Shown here: piece by piece, positions 36,544 through 47,683 of the stretch
How the letters are laid out: each line of letters begins with the position of its first letter
Numbering within the stretch: the first letter of the stretch is position 1
NCBI RefSeq assembly: GCF_038025025.1
Contig: NW_027117340.1
Span: 930,001 to 994,000 of the forward strand
Direction: 5' to 3'
Length of the DNA: 64,000 nt
Source: Phyllosticta citribraziliensis
Lineage: Eukaryota
The notes under the pieces: generated by a model
What the model was told of the DNA's origin: nothing
Databases searched by the model: none
What the model saw: only the letters and a program-made list of their open reading frames with translations
Translations under genes and position numbers: made by a program

Positions 36544-36973
36544 ATGCCTTCCAATGAGGGTAGCTCTAACTCTGGCCCCGGAGATTTCAGCTACAAAGGT
36601 AGCGGCACCAACAGCAAGGTACGCTTTTCCTCATGCGCTTGAACCCCCCCTCTGCGCGCTTATGCTTTCGAATACTTCATGTACTTACAAACATATGTTC
36701 ATGTAGGGCAACCACTGGTGTTCCCGCGACTACCCGTCCGCTCCCTACAAAAACTCGTACCACTATTCCAACACGTAAGTCTTCTTCGGCGCTTTCAACC
36801 AAGAGTTTCCATCCTTTCCACCTGGAATCTCATACAATCTGCCGCTCAGCTGCTGACCTCGAGCTTTTCCTCATCACAGTGACGGCTCTTACTACTACAA
36901 GAACCCGAACGGCAGCACCTACCACAATGACGGCAAGGGCGGCTCCACCTACACCCCTCCCCCTGGCAAGTAG
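36544..36973 (+). CDS. 78-aa Tyr/Gly/Ser-rich microprotein (3 exons; absent from the ORF track)
   Basis: Exons 36544-36618, 36707-36774 and 36880-36973 with canonical GTACGC/GTAAGT donors. They give MPSNEGSSNSGPGDFSYKGSGTNSKGNHWCSRDYPSAPYKNSYHYSNTDGSYYYKNPNGSTYHNDGKGGSTYTPPPGK*. Strong codon bias and a CA-rich leader. Confidence 0.85.
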
Positions 36974-37684
36974 ACGCCATTCCTGAGCGTCGGTCGAGCG
37001 GAGACGAATTTCTCGGAGTGAGGGGATTGGGTTCTGACTTGATCTTCCTGGAGTCTTTGCTGAAGGCGTGTGCCTTTTACAATGGAGGCTGAAGGCTGAT
37101 GTGTGATTTATTGTAAAGCAAAAGACTCCTTGGTATGACCGTTGTCCACTTTGGTATGGAGTGCAACCTGTTCCTGAAGTGCCGCGCCATATCTGCCTTG
37201 CTGGGGTGTGACTAGGATCCCCTGAGATTGACCAGCTACGCACCCGGCTCCGCATCCCTGCCCAAAGTTTATCCGCAGCGGGAGGCCGGTAATTATTGGC
37301 ACGGGTCCTTCGCAGCATTCAGTTGCTGCCTCTGCTAATCACAACTCGCTACTGTTCCAGCCGCATCTTTCATACTCTCAACAAGACTCAGTTGAACGCG
37401 CTGGAATATCCCGAATTTCAGACTGCACTGGACGGTTTTGTGCCCCTGAGTCTCACTTGAGGTCATGATTTAAGTTCACAGCCGGAGGCAGGGAAAATGC
37501 AGAGCGAGAGGCTGGAGAGGAAAACAAAATTCGAATACGGCACAACGACTGGCCATGGCGAAAACAATCCCCAATCACCTCAGACAAACTCCAGCGATTC
37601 CCGCCACCACACTTCTGCATCATTTGACCATTAAAGCCATGATTCCCTCAGTCCCGTCCCATCCCATCTCATCCCAAAGTCGCA

Positions 37685-38107
37685 ATGTCCTCTACAAACA
37701 ACGACTCCAAAAGACCGGCCCATGAGCTGCGCGCCCTTCTACGCAATGCGGACGACATCACGCGCTCCGCGGCCACCATCACCACGGAATGCCGCCGATT
37801 CATGGCGCACCTGCAGAAAGTGCTGGCGGGCCCGGACGCCCAGGTGCTGAGGCAGGAGATGGGAGAGGCGCTGGCGCGGCTGCTTGGTGCTTTTGATGGG
37901 TATGCCGCTGCTGTTGCGAAGCACAGCGTGGCATTTGCTGTCGCCGTCGACGATGCGGCGGGATGGGTTGAGGCTGTGAAGGCTTCGTGTGCTGCTGCTG
38001 TTGGTGGTAGTGATGGCAGTGGGGATATTTGTGGGAGTAGGGAGGGAGAGGATGCGCGGTTGAGGTTAGATTCCTTTCCTTTTATTTTCGCTCTGCTTTG
38101 CGTTTGA
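37685..38107 (+). CDS. Hypothetical helical protein
   Basis: 140-aa ORF with good ATG context and an Ala/Leu-rich amphipathic pattern. A possible intron at 38065-38113 makes the 3' end uncertain. Confidence 0.45.
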   Translation: MSSTNNDSKRPAHELRALLRNADDITRSAATITTECRRFMAHLQKVLAGPDAQVLRQEMGEALARLLGAFDGYAAAVAKHSVAFAVAVDDAAGWVEAVKASCAAAVGGSDGSGDICGSREGEDARLRLDSFPFIFALLCV

Positions 38108-38236
38108 CTTTAGACCCCCGTTTTTGGGATCAAAGAGAGACCTGGAATCGAGAAGTGCTGTGACTGACCTCCAAGCAGTCCGCAATCTTCGTCCTCCTCT
38201 GCCAGTGGGCGCACCGTTGTTAGGACGACACGTCCT

Positions 38237-39118
38237 ATGCGTACCTTCAGCGTCGACTCGAGCAACGCTTTCGGATCCTCCTCCTCCTCGTTCTCTCCAG
38301 CCAAGTCGCCCGGCTCCCGTGCCCCCGTCCCTCCTATCCACACGACGCCGCCCTTCCGCTCCCCTCTCGCCGTCCAACCCGCCAGTCCACCTTTTCCATC
38401 TCGAACCGTCACCCCCGATCCGCACCCTCAACCTCCACTTCAAGCCCCACTCTTCTCCGCCGACGACAGCGTCTCCGCACTGCGGGAAGCCTTCAGCCAA
38501 GCAGGCGTGTCCGACACGCAGACACGACGCTCTCCGCCGCTCTCGCTCTCACCCTCGCCGCCAAAGAGCGCCTTCACCTTCCGCGCCCCCAGCCCGCCGG
38601 CAGCGGTGTCGCAGTGTGGCAGCGCCACCATCTCTCGCTCGAGCTCAACAACTGCCCGCACGCCCAGCCCAGCGGGCGCGACGTACAGCCTCTCCTCCTC
38701 ATCTTCTGCATCCACCTCACGCACCTGCTCCCCCTTCTCCCCCTCCTCTCCCTCTCCCTCGTCCACCACCTCCGCCTCCCCTTCCTCGTCCACAACGCCC
38801 TCCCTGCACACCGCCGAGCGCGCCTACACCGTCGTCGCGCGCGGCGTCAACGTGCACGGCAACCGCTGGGAGCGGCGCGCCTACGGGCCCGGCTCACCCG
38901 ACTGCACCTCGTTCCACTATTCCAATGCTGATGGTAGTAACTATTCGAGTCTGCCGGATGGCAGTGAGCGGTTTGAGAGTGCGAGGGGGAGGGTGTTTCT
39001 GAGGGTTGCTGCTGGAAGGGGGAAAGGGGAGGGAGGGGAGAGGGCGGGCGGGTGGCGGAGGTGCACGGGGCCGTCTGCTGTGGGTGGTGGAGGGTGCGGC
39101 GGTGGGCAGAGTGTTTGA
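38237..39118 (+). CDS. Ser/Pro-rich protein with a C-terminal domain homologous to the 36544 microprotein
   Basis: Intronless 293-aa ORF. Its C-terminal segment GVNVHGNRWERRAYG...SFHYSNADGSNYSSLPDGS aligns with the microprotein. Confidence 0.7.
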   Translation: MRTFSVDSSNAFGSSSSSFSPAKSPGSRAPVPPIHTTPPFRSPLAVQPASPPFPSRTVTPDPHPQPPLQAPLFSADDSVSALREAFSQAGVSDTQTRRSPPLSLSPSPPKSAFTFRAPSPPAAVSQCGSATISRSSSTTARTPSPAGATYSLSSSSSASTSRTCSPFSPSSPSPSSTTSASPSSSTTPSLHTAERAYTVVARGVNVHGNRWERRAYGPGSPDCTSFHYSNADGSNYSSLPDGSERFESARGRVFLRVAAGRGKGEGGERAGGWRRCTGPSAVGGGGCGGGQSV

Positions 39119-40757
39119 TTGCGGCTAACTGATGTTATTTTCTCCTCTCTCCTTTGTCTTTCTTTCTTGGTGGGTGGGTTTGGTGGGTTTGGCTGAGGTT
39201 GTGCTCGTCTATGAGCGAGCGCAACAGGGGTGTAATGCAGCATGAAGGGAATGAATTGATGATCTCCATCATCTGCCTTTCTTCCGTCTGGGGTACGCAG
39301 CGATCAAGTCCTCCCACTGTTTGCTGACTGGCGCACCCCCACCTGACGTAACCCCTGAAAGCACTTCTTGGGCCGTAGTTGCCTCATCATCCGTCATACT
39401 GACAGACAAGTTATGCAAGTGAGTCAGTTGTGACCTTGACATCGTTTATTGGTGCTTGGGTGGTGTTAAGCGACGATTTGGACGGGTATATATGGTGTTG
39501 GTAGCTTTTGCTTTTGTTGCTGGGGTGCGGGTTTGGGGATGTGTTGAGATAAATAATTGTGTGGCGTACTTTTTGCAAGATGATGAAGATGATGGCGTGC
39601 TGCTGCACTTGCTTGCTGCTCGCTTCACTGCTTTTTTGTTGGTTCACAGGCGTCTCTGCCGAGCTAGCCGGAGCATTCTCGCGCTTGATGGAAGCCATTG
39701 GTGCTTTCTTTGAGTGGGACAGTAAAGATGCTGCTGCTGGTTCCTCTTTTTCGCCGTCGACGGGGTTGAGCAAAAGCAAAACACCCAACAAGAAGCCAAG
39801 AACAATGGGTTATATAGACAGCCAGACAATGGTTCCTAAACAACAGCGAGCAAGCTCAAGGAGAATTGTTCAAGATCGAGGCTCACTTGCTCACCCCACC
39901 CCTAGCCTCCATTCATTCCTCTCCTCCCTTCCTCGCCGTCCATTCCCTGGTTCACCTCCCCTCAATTACGGAGGAGCAAGACGCGGCCGCGTGCTCGCCG
40001 CGTCCTGCTTGCTAAAGAATCTGCACTTTTTATGTCTAGCGTGAGGTTTTCAGACAGGTGTTGACGGGCCGCTGGACGTCATAGCTGCAAGCGTCGCCTG
40101 CATCGCTGGCTGGAACCGATTTCGCGGGCTATTAGCGACACCCGGCGCCACTCACGCCATCAAGACGTCGGCGCATTGGCTTGATTTGAGCATGTCGTGG
40201 TCGATTGATATACATTTGTGTTGCTTAGGGTGGTGTTGAAGTTGTTGCTCAGTCGTCAAAATTGGTTTAAATGAGCGATTTGTTGACTGTGGGTTGGTTT
40301 ACACCAATTTCAGCTTCTAAGATTCTGAATTCAAAGCTGGGTTAATTGTATCCAGTCCTAGTTGCGCCTGTCAGTCTAAACCACGCAATTGTTGGCACTA
40401 ATTAGCGGGTGTCGAGCACCACCTAATTGATCGCCGAATTGTGAAAGATAACTACCATAACAAGCCGAATTGCTCGACGAGGTATAGAAAATGCAAGTAA
40501 GGGGCTTGACCAGCTGGTTTTGAAAGGACAAGATCTGGTGACAAATCAAGGAAAAAAGACGATTGGGGCAATTTGGATTTGCATCTCCGCTCAAGATCAA
40601 ACCGGTGCTGCTTTAGACGTATGAATTAAATCCGCAATCGTGGATGCGCATTTCACGACACGCCTTTTTCCCACGTAACCTGGCAATGCAGTTGTTGACA
40701 TCAACGCCGAAAAAACCCACACGCACATCACCATCCAACACACACCCCATCCCGCCT

Positions 40758-43316
40758 TTACATGCGACTCTTCTTGCGAGACGCCCTCTCGCGCTCGTAA
40801 GCCTTGGCCTCGCGGCCCTCCTCGCCCTGGATCTCGGCCACGATGCGCTTGTACTTTGCCTCGTACGCAGAGTCGCGCTCCTTCTTCTCGCGCAGCTTCT
40901 CGCGCGCCACGAAGCTGGCGTCCTTGCGCAGCTCGCGCATGGCGCCCTTCTTCTCGCGCTTGTACTCGGCCCGCAGCTTGGCCGCCTCGCGCCGCTCCTG
41001 GTCCGGGTCGTAGTGCTTGTTCGGGTTGAAGTCGTCTTCGAACTTGGGCACCGCCGTCTTGATGGCCAGCGGTTTCCAGTTGTGCAGTGCCTGCGGCCGC
41101 CGCGCCAGCCGCGCTTGCGAGAGCTGAATCCGCAGGTGTTCGAGCGTCTTGGTGGGCTTGGGCTTGAGGTTTGAGAGGGCAGCTTCGAGCGATGGCGTGA
41201 AGATTTCGGTGAATGCGGGTGTGGTGGACCAAAGGCTGGTCATGGTGGTAACGTTGGAGAGGTAGATGGCGGTGAGATCGTTTTCTGGTAGTGCGGGATG
41301 CTTCAGAGCGAGCGTCGTGAAGCGCACCAGCTCAGGGATGTAGCGTTTGGAAAGAGCCTGGTACTTGAGCGAGAGGGTGGACACGTAGGCGCCCGTCATT
41401 AGGTCCTCTGGGCCTTGTGGAGTCGTGAGCCCGAGCCAGCGGGCCATGATGGTAATGGCAGGCGTGACGACTTGGTGAAAGTGGTCAGAAGTTGGATAGA
41501 TTGTCGAAATGGCCGTGAGAATCATCATATCCCCAGGAGCGATGGTGGAGGTCTTCCACATGGAACTCAGATGAGAGCGGAATTGCTGAGCGATGGGAGT
41601 GGGAAAAGTGCGAGAAAGCGAATGGATATGGCGGATCAGGGTCTCGATCGGTGCCAGCGGCAATTTCTTCGACGCCATGAAAGAGATGTGGTCGACCAGG
41701 GCCTTGCTGAAATCTTCCATCTTTTCCCTATTTTCGGCACTCAGTTGAGGATGGTACAGAGCTCTTATTCTCTGGACGACCGTAGGAACGTCAGTGGCGG
41801 CGACGCCGTTGAGAACCGAGAGTAGTTCGTCGTGACTCCGTGGGCACGGATATGTGTAGGAAAGCTTCGAAGTTTTCGCTTCTTGGTTATCCTTGAACTG
41901 TTCAACAAACTCATCTTCTTCATCCTCGTCGCGCTGGCGAATAAGCTCTTCCTCATCGTCCGAAGAAGAATCCTCTTCACTCGCGCTTGATACGTCGTTT
42001 TCATCGATGTCGGATCCACTGGCCACAAGATCCCCGTCGATTTCAAAGTCATCCTCGTCGTCGACACCGTCTGGCCGCAGAGTCCCTACGCGGAGGTCCT
42101 TGAGTCCGAATTGGGCGGCATCGTCGGGAAACTCGTCGTCATCGTCCTGTGACTCAACATCCATCTTTTCGTCTTCTTCTTCGTCACTACTGACATCTTC
42201 TCCCTTCATTCTTTTGAGGCGCTTTTGCTCCAGCTCCTTCAACCTCTCTGCCTCCTCTTGGGCCCTTTCTTCATCCGACTTGACCCTAGTTGTAGGAGCC
42301 GCTCGCTTGTCTAGTTTCATCTCGCGCATCAGTCTATCGTACTCCTTGTCGGCCTTTTTCTTGTCCTCCTGGCTCATCATCTTGGCGCGCTCCGGGTCCA
42401 TCGAACCAAGACCGCTGTTGGCCTCCTCTGCTGTGGGCGGCGGCGGCGGCTTCTTGATTCTGCCAAGTTCTGCGAGCATGTCGAACATGCCCTCGTCCAG
42501 TTTCTCGCGCAAGTCCTCATCGTCTTCCTTTTCCTGCTGGCGCTCGTATTTGTGCAACTTCGATTTGGCCATGACCTCCTTCATGACCTCTGCCTTTGTC
42601 TTCTTTTTCTCCGGCTGTTCTTCCTCTTCCTCCGCTTCCGCCTCGCCATCGTTCTCTCTTCTCCTCTTGGGCTTGCGTTTCGTGTCGCCCTCGTCGTCGC
42701 TGCCGCCTTCGAGACTGCCAGCATCGAAATCGTCGTTCTCGCCGTTGAGATCCAAGGCCATTCCACCGTGGGTGAGCTGCACCTCTTCCTCGTCCGCGTC
42801 GTCCTCCAGATCGAAAACGTTGCCCTTCTTGCGTGATCGTTCGCGAGTGAAACGCTCGAGCATTTTGTCTTCGACGGTCATGGTCGGATCGTTTTCGCCA
42901 ATGCGCCTATCGATGATTCCGCCAGTCTTGTTCCTCATTTGTAGTTCTGGCAGCAGCATCTTCCGTCTCTGTTGTCGTCAAAAGTCAGCGACAACTCCCA
43001 TCGTAAGAGCGTCAGTTCTTGTTCGTACCGTCTCCTCGCCCAGACTCTTGGTGACGCCTGGACGCGCCACGGCGACCATGCCATCCTTTGCATTCTGCTT
43101 GTGCAAGCTTGTGGACTGAAACTTTTCCGGACGCGCCTTGGCTTTGATCTCGAATGGGTTGAAGCTGTCGCGAATGCTTTCGAGGGCCTGGTTGCGCTGA
43201 GCGCGCTTGGCGACATCCTTGCCGGCGCGCTTCTTTTCCTTTTTGGATTTCTGCGGACCGGTGATGCCCTGTTCGCGGAGTGACGCCTTGAGGCGTTTGA
43301 GTTGGGAAGGAGGCAT
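40758..43316 (-). CDS. NOP14: Nucleolar 40S biogenesis protein Nop14
   Basis: MPPSQLKRLKASLREQG start, FNPFEIK, GGIIDRRIGEND, KTKAEVMKEVMAKSK, TSDHFHQVVTPA and KGAMRELRKD. One intron at 43028-42969. Confidence 0.95.
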
Positions 43317-43581
43317 CGTTGTTGCACCTGCGCAAAGCTGATTTGAGGCAGGGCAGGGCAGAGGCGCGAAGTGTGGTTGTTGATTGTGTTCGCGTCAGGG
43401 AAAATTGAAAATGGCCGGCAGATCCAAGCGCCCGCTGACCGCCTTCATGTGGGGAAGGACATTTTACGCGAACGCCTCGCGTCAACATGCCCGTATTCGC
43501 GAACTGCGTCGACACCCATCTCTCTCTGCATTCCGTTTGACCAAAAATTATCTACTGTACATTGAATTGAGCCTTGGATTC

Positions 43582-44648
43582 TCACTCTGGCTCTTGAGTG
43601 CTCCACCTGTCCTTCAGCGCGCCCACATCAACTCCACACAGCTCAGCTTTCTTCACCAACGCCTCCGCTTTGCCCACCACGGGCCGATCAATCATCTTTC
43701 CATCCAGAGTCCATGCGCCTCGACCTGCCTTCTCTGCCTTTTCATTCGCAATCACCACTCGCATTGCCCACTCTGTCTCGTCCGTCTGTGGCCCATATAC
43801 CTCCTGACACACCTCCACCTGACTCGGATGAATCAACTGTTTTCCATTGAACCCCAGGCGTTTGCCGTCGACGCACTCTTCGTTGAGAGTTTGCAGGCCT
43901 TGCTCACCCTTGTAGGCCGTACATACGAGGTCAATGGCAGAAGGTAGGTTGAAGGCACGGCAGGCGGTGACGATGGCGGATCGCGCGTATAGGAATTCGC
44001 GCAGCGACGGAGTGCGAGTGATGGACAGGTCGAGGGCAAAGTCTTCTGCGGCGAAGATGAGGCCAGAAAGGTAGGGAGTTGCGCGGCAGATTGATTGTAA
44101 GTCAATGAGTGCTTTGGCCGACTCAATGAGTGCGATGAGACGCAGGGGCGGGTGGGCTGCGGATTGGTCGTTGGAAGAGTGACGGTGCGGAAGCGTGTGG
44201 CGGATGACATCGGTGACGAAGTGCAAATCGGAGGCCGAGTTTACTTTTGGGATTACGAGAGCATCAATGTTGGGTGCTTTGAGCTGTTTGACGGCTACTA
44301 TCTCAGCGCAAGGAGGGCATCGTGGCAAGAAGAGGAGCAGACCACTTCGGTCAGGTCATCCAAGGCATAGCCGCTGTCGACTGAGTTGATTCGTACAGCT
44401 TGCTCGCGGATGCCCTTTACACGCGGCTGCTCGAGGAGCTTTCGAAGATTCGAGCGTGCCTCTGCTTTCTTGCCAGGCGTGACAGAGTCTTCCAGGTCGT
44501 AAGCTATCGTGTCTACATTGAGGGCTCGCGACTTTTCTAGCATCCTTGAAGATGAACCAGGCACTGGGTGGGTTTAGCATCGTGTCGCATTGTCTGTAGG
44601 AGCCAGGATACCGTAGAGAAGCGCCCGACGGATGATGGGTGCTGCCAT
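43582..44648 (-). CDS. Citrate lyase beta-subunit-like (HpcH/HpaI aldolase family) protein
   Basis: [47 protein letters not shown] and [12 protein letters not shown]. Two introns (about 44611-44564 and 44342-44285). Confidence 0.92.
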
Positions 44649-44918
44649 GCCGAGCAAGCCACAATCTGCTCTTTGACAGGTGTTGGAGGTTGTGTAATGG
44701 TGATGGTGAATTGGAGACGGCGGGGACCTGAGCTTCAATCTTCCCCACACTCGAAGCGGGTGCGTCATGCGTCGGCAAAGCCAAGCTGAAACACCGACGC
44801 TAGAGCCAGGGTCCCTTACGTACGCCTCAGGCTGCGTAGCTTCAACGCCAGAGCTCTCCGAGCACCACTCCCGACACCATCGCAAAAGGGACTCGAATAC
44901 GCTTGAGAGGCCGCAGTC

Positions 44919-45796
44919 ATGGACCATGCCGCAGGGCCCCAGTCGGGCGAGTTGAACTGGCGTCTGAGCAGCCACCCCATCACGCTGCTCTGCTTCCTGA
45001 TCTTTCGCATCTGTAAGTCGCAGCACACCGGCGCAAAAAAGTTGTCTTCGCAGCGGATGCTTACAATCGAGCACAGCCAGTCTACTCGTCTACCTCCTGG
45101 GTCTCCTCTTTACCGATAACTTGTACGTCGACCTCCAGTCCCGTCCTCAATTCCCCAACCTACCCACCCGCGCCCATCTCCACAACCACCTGGCGCCCCT
45201 CCTTCTCCAAAGAGCCTCAAACAGCTAACACGCTCCCCACAGCGTCATGATCTTCATCATCACCATCATCCTCCTCGCGGCCGACTTTTACTACCTCAAA
45301 AACATTGCGGGACGGCGGCTCGTCGGCCTGCGCTGGTGGAACGAAGTGGACACGTCGTCCGGGGACTCGCGCTGGGTCTTTGAGAGCGCGGACCCGGAGA
45401 CGCGCCAGATCAATGCGACTGACAAGCGCTTCTTCTGGCTCAGTCTGTACGCCCAGCCGCTGCTCTGGATCGCTCTTGCCATTGTGGCGCTCGTCAAGTT
45501 TGAGTTCATCTGGTTGACGTTGATTGGTGAGTTGCCTCTTCCCCTCTCTTTGTGTCGAAGTAGAATTGCAGTGATGTGCGAGTAGGAGGTTTTGCACAGA
45601 ATGATTTCTTGTGGCAGTTCTGGTTCATGGCTAACACACAACAGTCATTGCCCTCGTCCTTACCATCACCAACACGCTCGCCTTCTCCCGCTGCGACAAA
45701 TTCAGCCAAGCCTCCAACTTTGCAGGCAATGCCTTTTACGGCGGTGGGATTGCAAAGACTCTTGCCAGCAACATGGTGACGCGCTTGTTCCGATGA
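44919..45796 (+). CDS. TVP23: Golgi apparatus membrane protein Tvp23
   Basis: SSHPITLL and [33 protein letters not shown]. Three introns (about 45013-45076, 45123-45243 and 45527-45643). Confidence 0.95.
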
Positions 45797-45983
45797 GACG
45801 GCAACCATCGGAACAACGAAGTGGTGTATGCGCTTTGTCTCCCGGTTCTGCCACCAGGGATGTAGATTCTTTTTGTGATGTTTCAATTATTGGCAATTAG
45901 AAAGGAGTATTGAGCTGGTTATTTGTCTGTGCTTGACTAAAACGTTGTGTGAATTCCATCTGGTCCATTCAACCAAGCACTCA

Positions 45984-46010
45984 CCCCCCCCCCCCCCCCC
46001 CCCCCCCCCC
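45984..46010 (+). repeat. Poly-C homopolymer (27 nt)
   Basis: Seen directly, between two convergent 3' ends. Confidence 0.9.
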
Positions 46011-46278
46011 GGATTGCTGACAGACAGAATTATCTTTAAGCGCTAGCTTCGTGGGTGGACAAACACTTAAACTCCAAATCGGGGAAAGGAAAAGAAAATT
46101 TTGAACAACTGTGGCGCTCCCTGTGCGTTGGGCAAAAGCAACTGATGCCATCGTCTAATTCCGAAGTCAAGCCAAGAATTTCCCCCTTCTTTGAATTGGT
46201 TTGCATTTCCTTCTTCCCCTCGTCGACCAACACCCCCTGTTTGATCACAGCCTCCCCCTTACAACCCACTCCACGCCC

Positions 46279-47683
46279 CTAATACCCCCTCTTCCGATCC
46301 ACCACATTCCACAACCGGTCCCCGCGCGCCCTCCTTCCCACATTCTCCGTCAAAATCTCCAAGCTCCTCGACGTATAATCCGTCGTCACGGCGCTGATGT
46401 GCGGCGTGATGGTCGTGTTGGGCGCATCCCACAGCGGGTCGTCGGCAGGCAGGGGCTCCGGATCCGTAACATCGAGGGCCGCACCAGCGAGCGTGCCGTC
46501 CTTGAGCGCCTCGACCAGCTCCGCCTGGTTGAGATTCTGCCCGCGGCTGATGTTGACGAGGTACGGGGCGTGGGTGCGCTTGTGGGTGCCATTACCGCCG
46601 CTGCCGCGCGCCAGCACGTCGAACTCGGCGGCGCCGAGGAAGTGGCGCGTTGCGTTTGTGCTGGGCACCGAGACGAGCAGCACGTCGATGTCTTGGGCCA
46701 GGAAGTTGTGCAGGGCGGGCGTCGAGAGCCCGCTGTACCACGCGGAGGGGATGCTGCCGTCGCGGTCGCCTGTGCCTGGCACGATGTACCCGTTGTCGGC
46801 GCGGCTTTCGGGCGTGTCTTTGGCGTGCGCTGTGTACGCGATGACGTCCATGCCCATGGCTTTGGCTACGCGGCCGACTGTTTGTGCGTTGGTCAGCCGT
46901 CATCTCTTAGAAGCACTTTCTCTCTGCTTCTTCCCCTGCTAGGACTTGCGCATTGCGAGGTGCGAGAGGAGCAGTGTCGATGCAGCTTACCTTGTCGTCC
47001 GATGCTGCCATACCCCAAAACGCCGATGCGTTGGCCTGCCAGGTCGCGCACCGTCTGGCCTGGGCCGTACCTTTCCCACCGGTGCGCCTTTTGCGCGTCG
47101 TGGAATTGGTCATAGTGGTGTGTCCGGACGAGGAGCGCCATGAGCACCCACTCGGATATCTGTGAATCTAGTCAGTTGTAGTTCAATGGCAGTCGTTGTA
47201 GAATCCGGGATGTGTTTGGGCGTCAAGACGTCAAAAGTGATTTTGGGAGATTTTTCTGGTGGGACCGGCTCTTGATGAGATGAAAGAGAAATGGAATGTG
47301 CAAATAGTGAATCAAGCATCCAAGATTCAAAAAGAACCCACCTGCGGCCCATGGATACCACTACTCGTAGTAATCGTCACGTCCTCGTCCTGCCAAATCC
47401 ATTTGCCCTGGATCTGGTTAGACCCCGCGCTCATCAGATGCACCCAGTTCAGCTTGGGCGCGTCGCTCCGCTCATTGGGAAAAGTGCTGCCCGTCACCAA
47501 AACCGTTGCGTTGGCAAAGACCTCGCTCGGCAGCGCTGCCCCCCACCCAGCAATCTGGTGGTATTCGACGCGGATCCAGGGGTAGCGCTGCTGCAGTTGC
47601 GAGAGCTGCTCGACGGGCTCCGGGTCCGGCAGCGCGATGACGAGCGTCTCGTTTTTGGGTGGTGCTTCTTCGCCGCCGCCCAT
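46279..47683 (-). CDS. D-isomer-specific 2-hydroxyacid dehydrogenase (3 exons)
   Basis: WVHLMSAG, SGIHGPQISEW, IGVLGYGSIGRQ (NAD-binding), LVNISRG, AALDVTDPEPLP and ITPHIS. Introns at about 47341-47160 and 46991-46878. The start may instead be the in-frame ATG at 47923. Confidence 0.92.

Noticed and set aside
39260..39820. Possible small minus-strand gene (TATA near 39812, MASIKREN..., MTDDEATT...)
   Set aside because: The splice phases of the candidate exons do not agree. It cannot be supported without RNA data.
41893..43119. 408-aa Ser-rich + strand ORF
   Set aside because: It is the antisense mirror of the Glu/Asp-rich NOP14 coding sequence.
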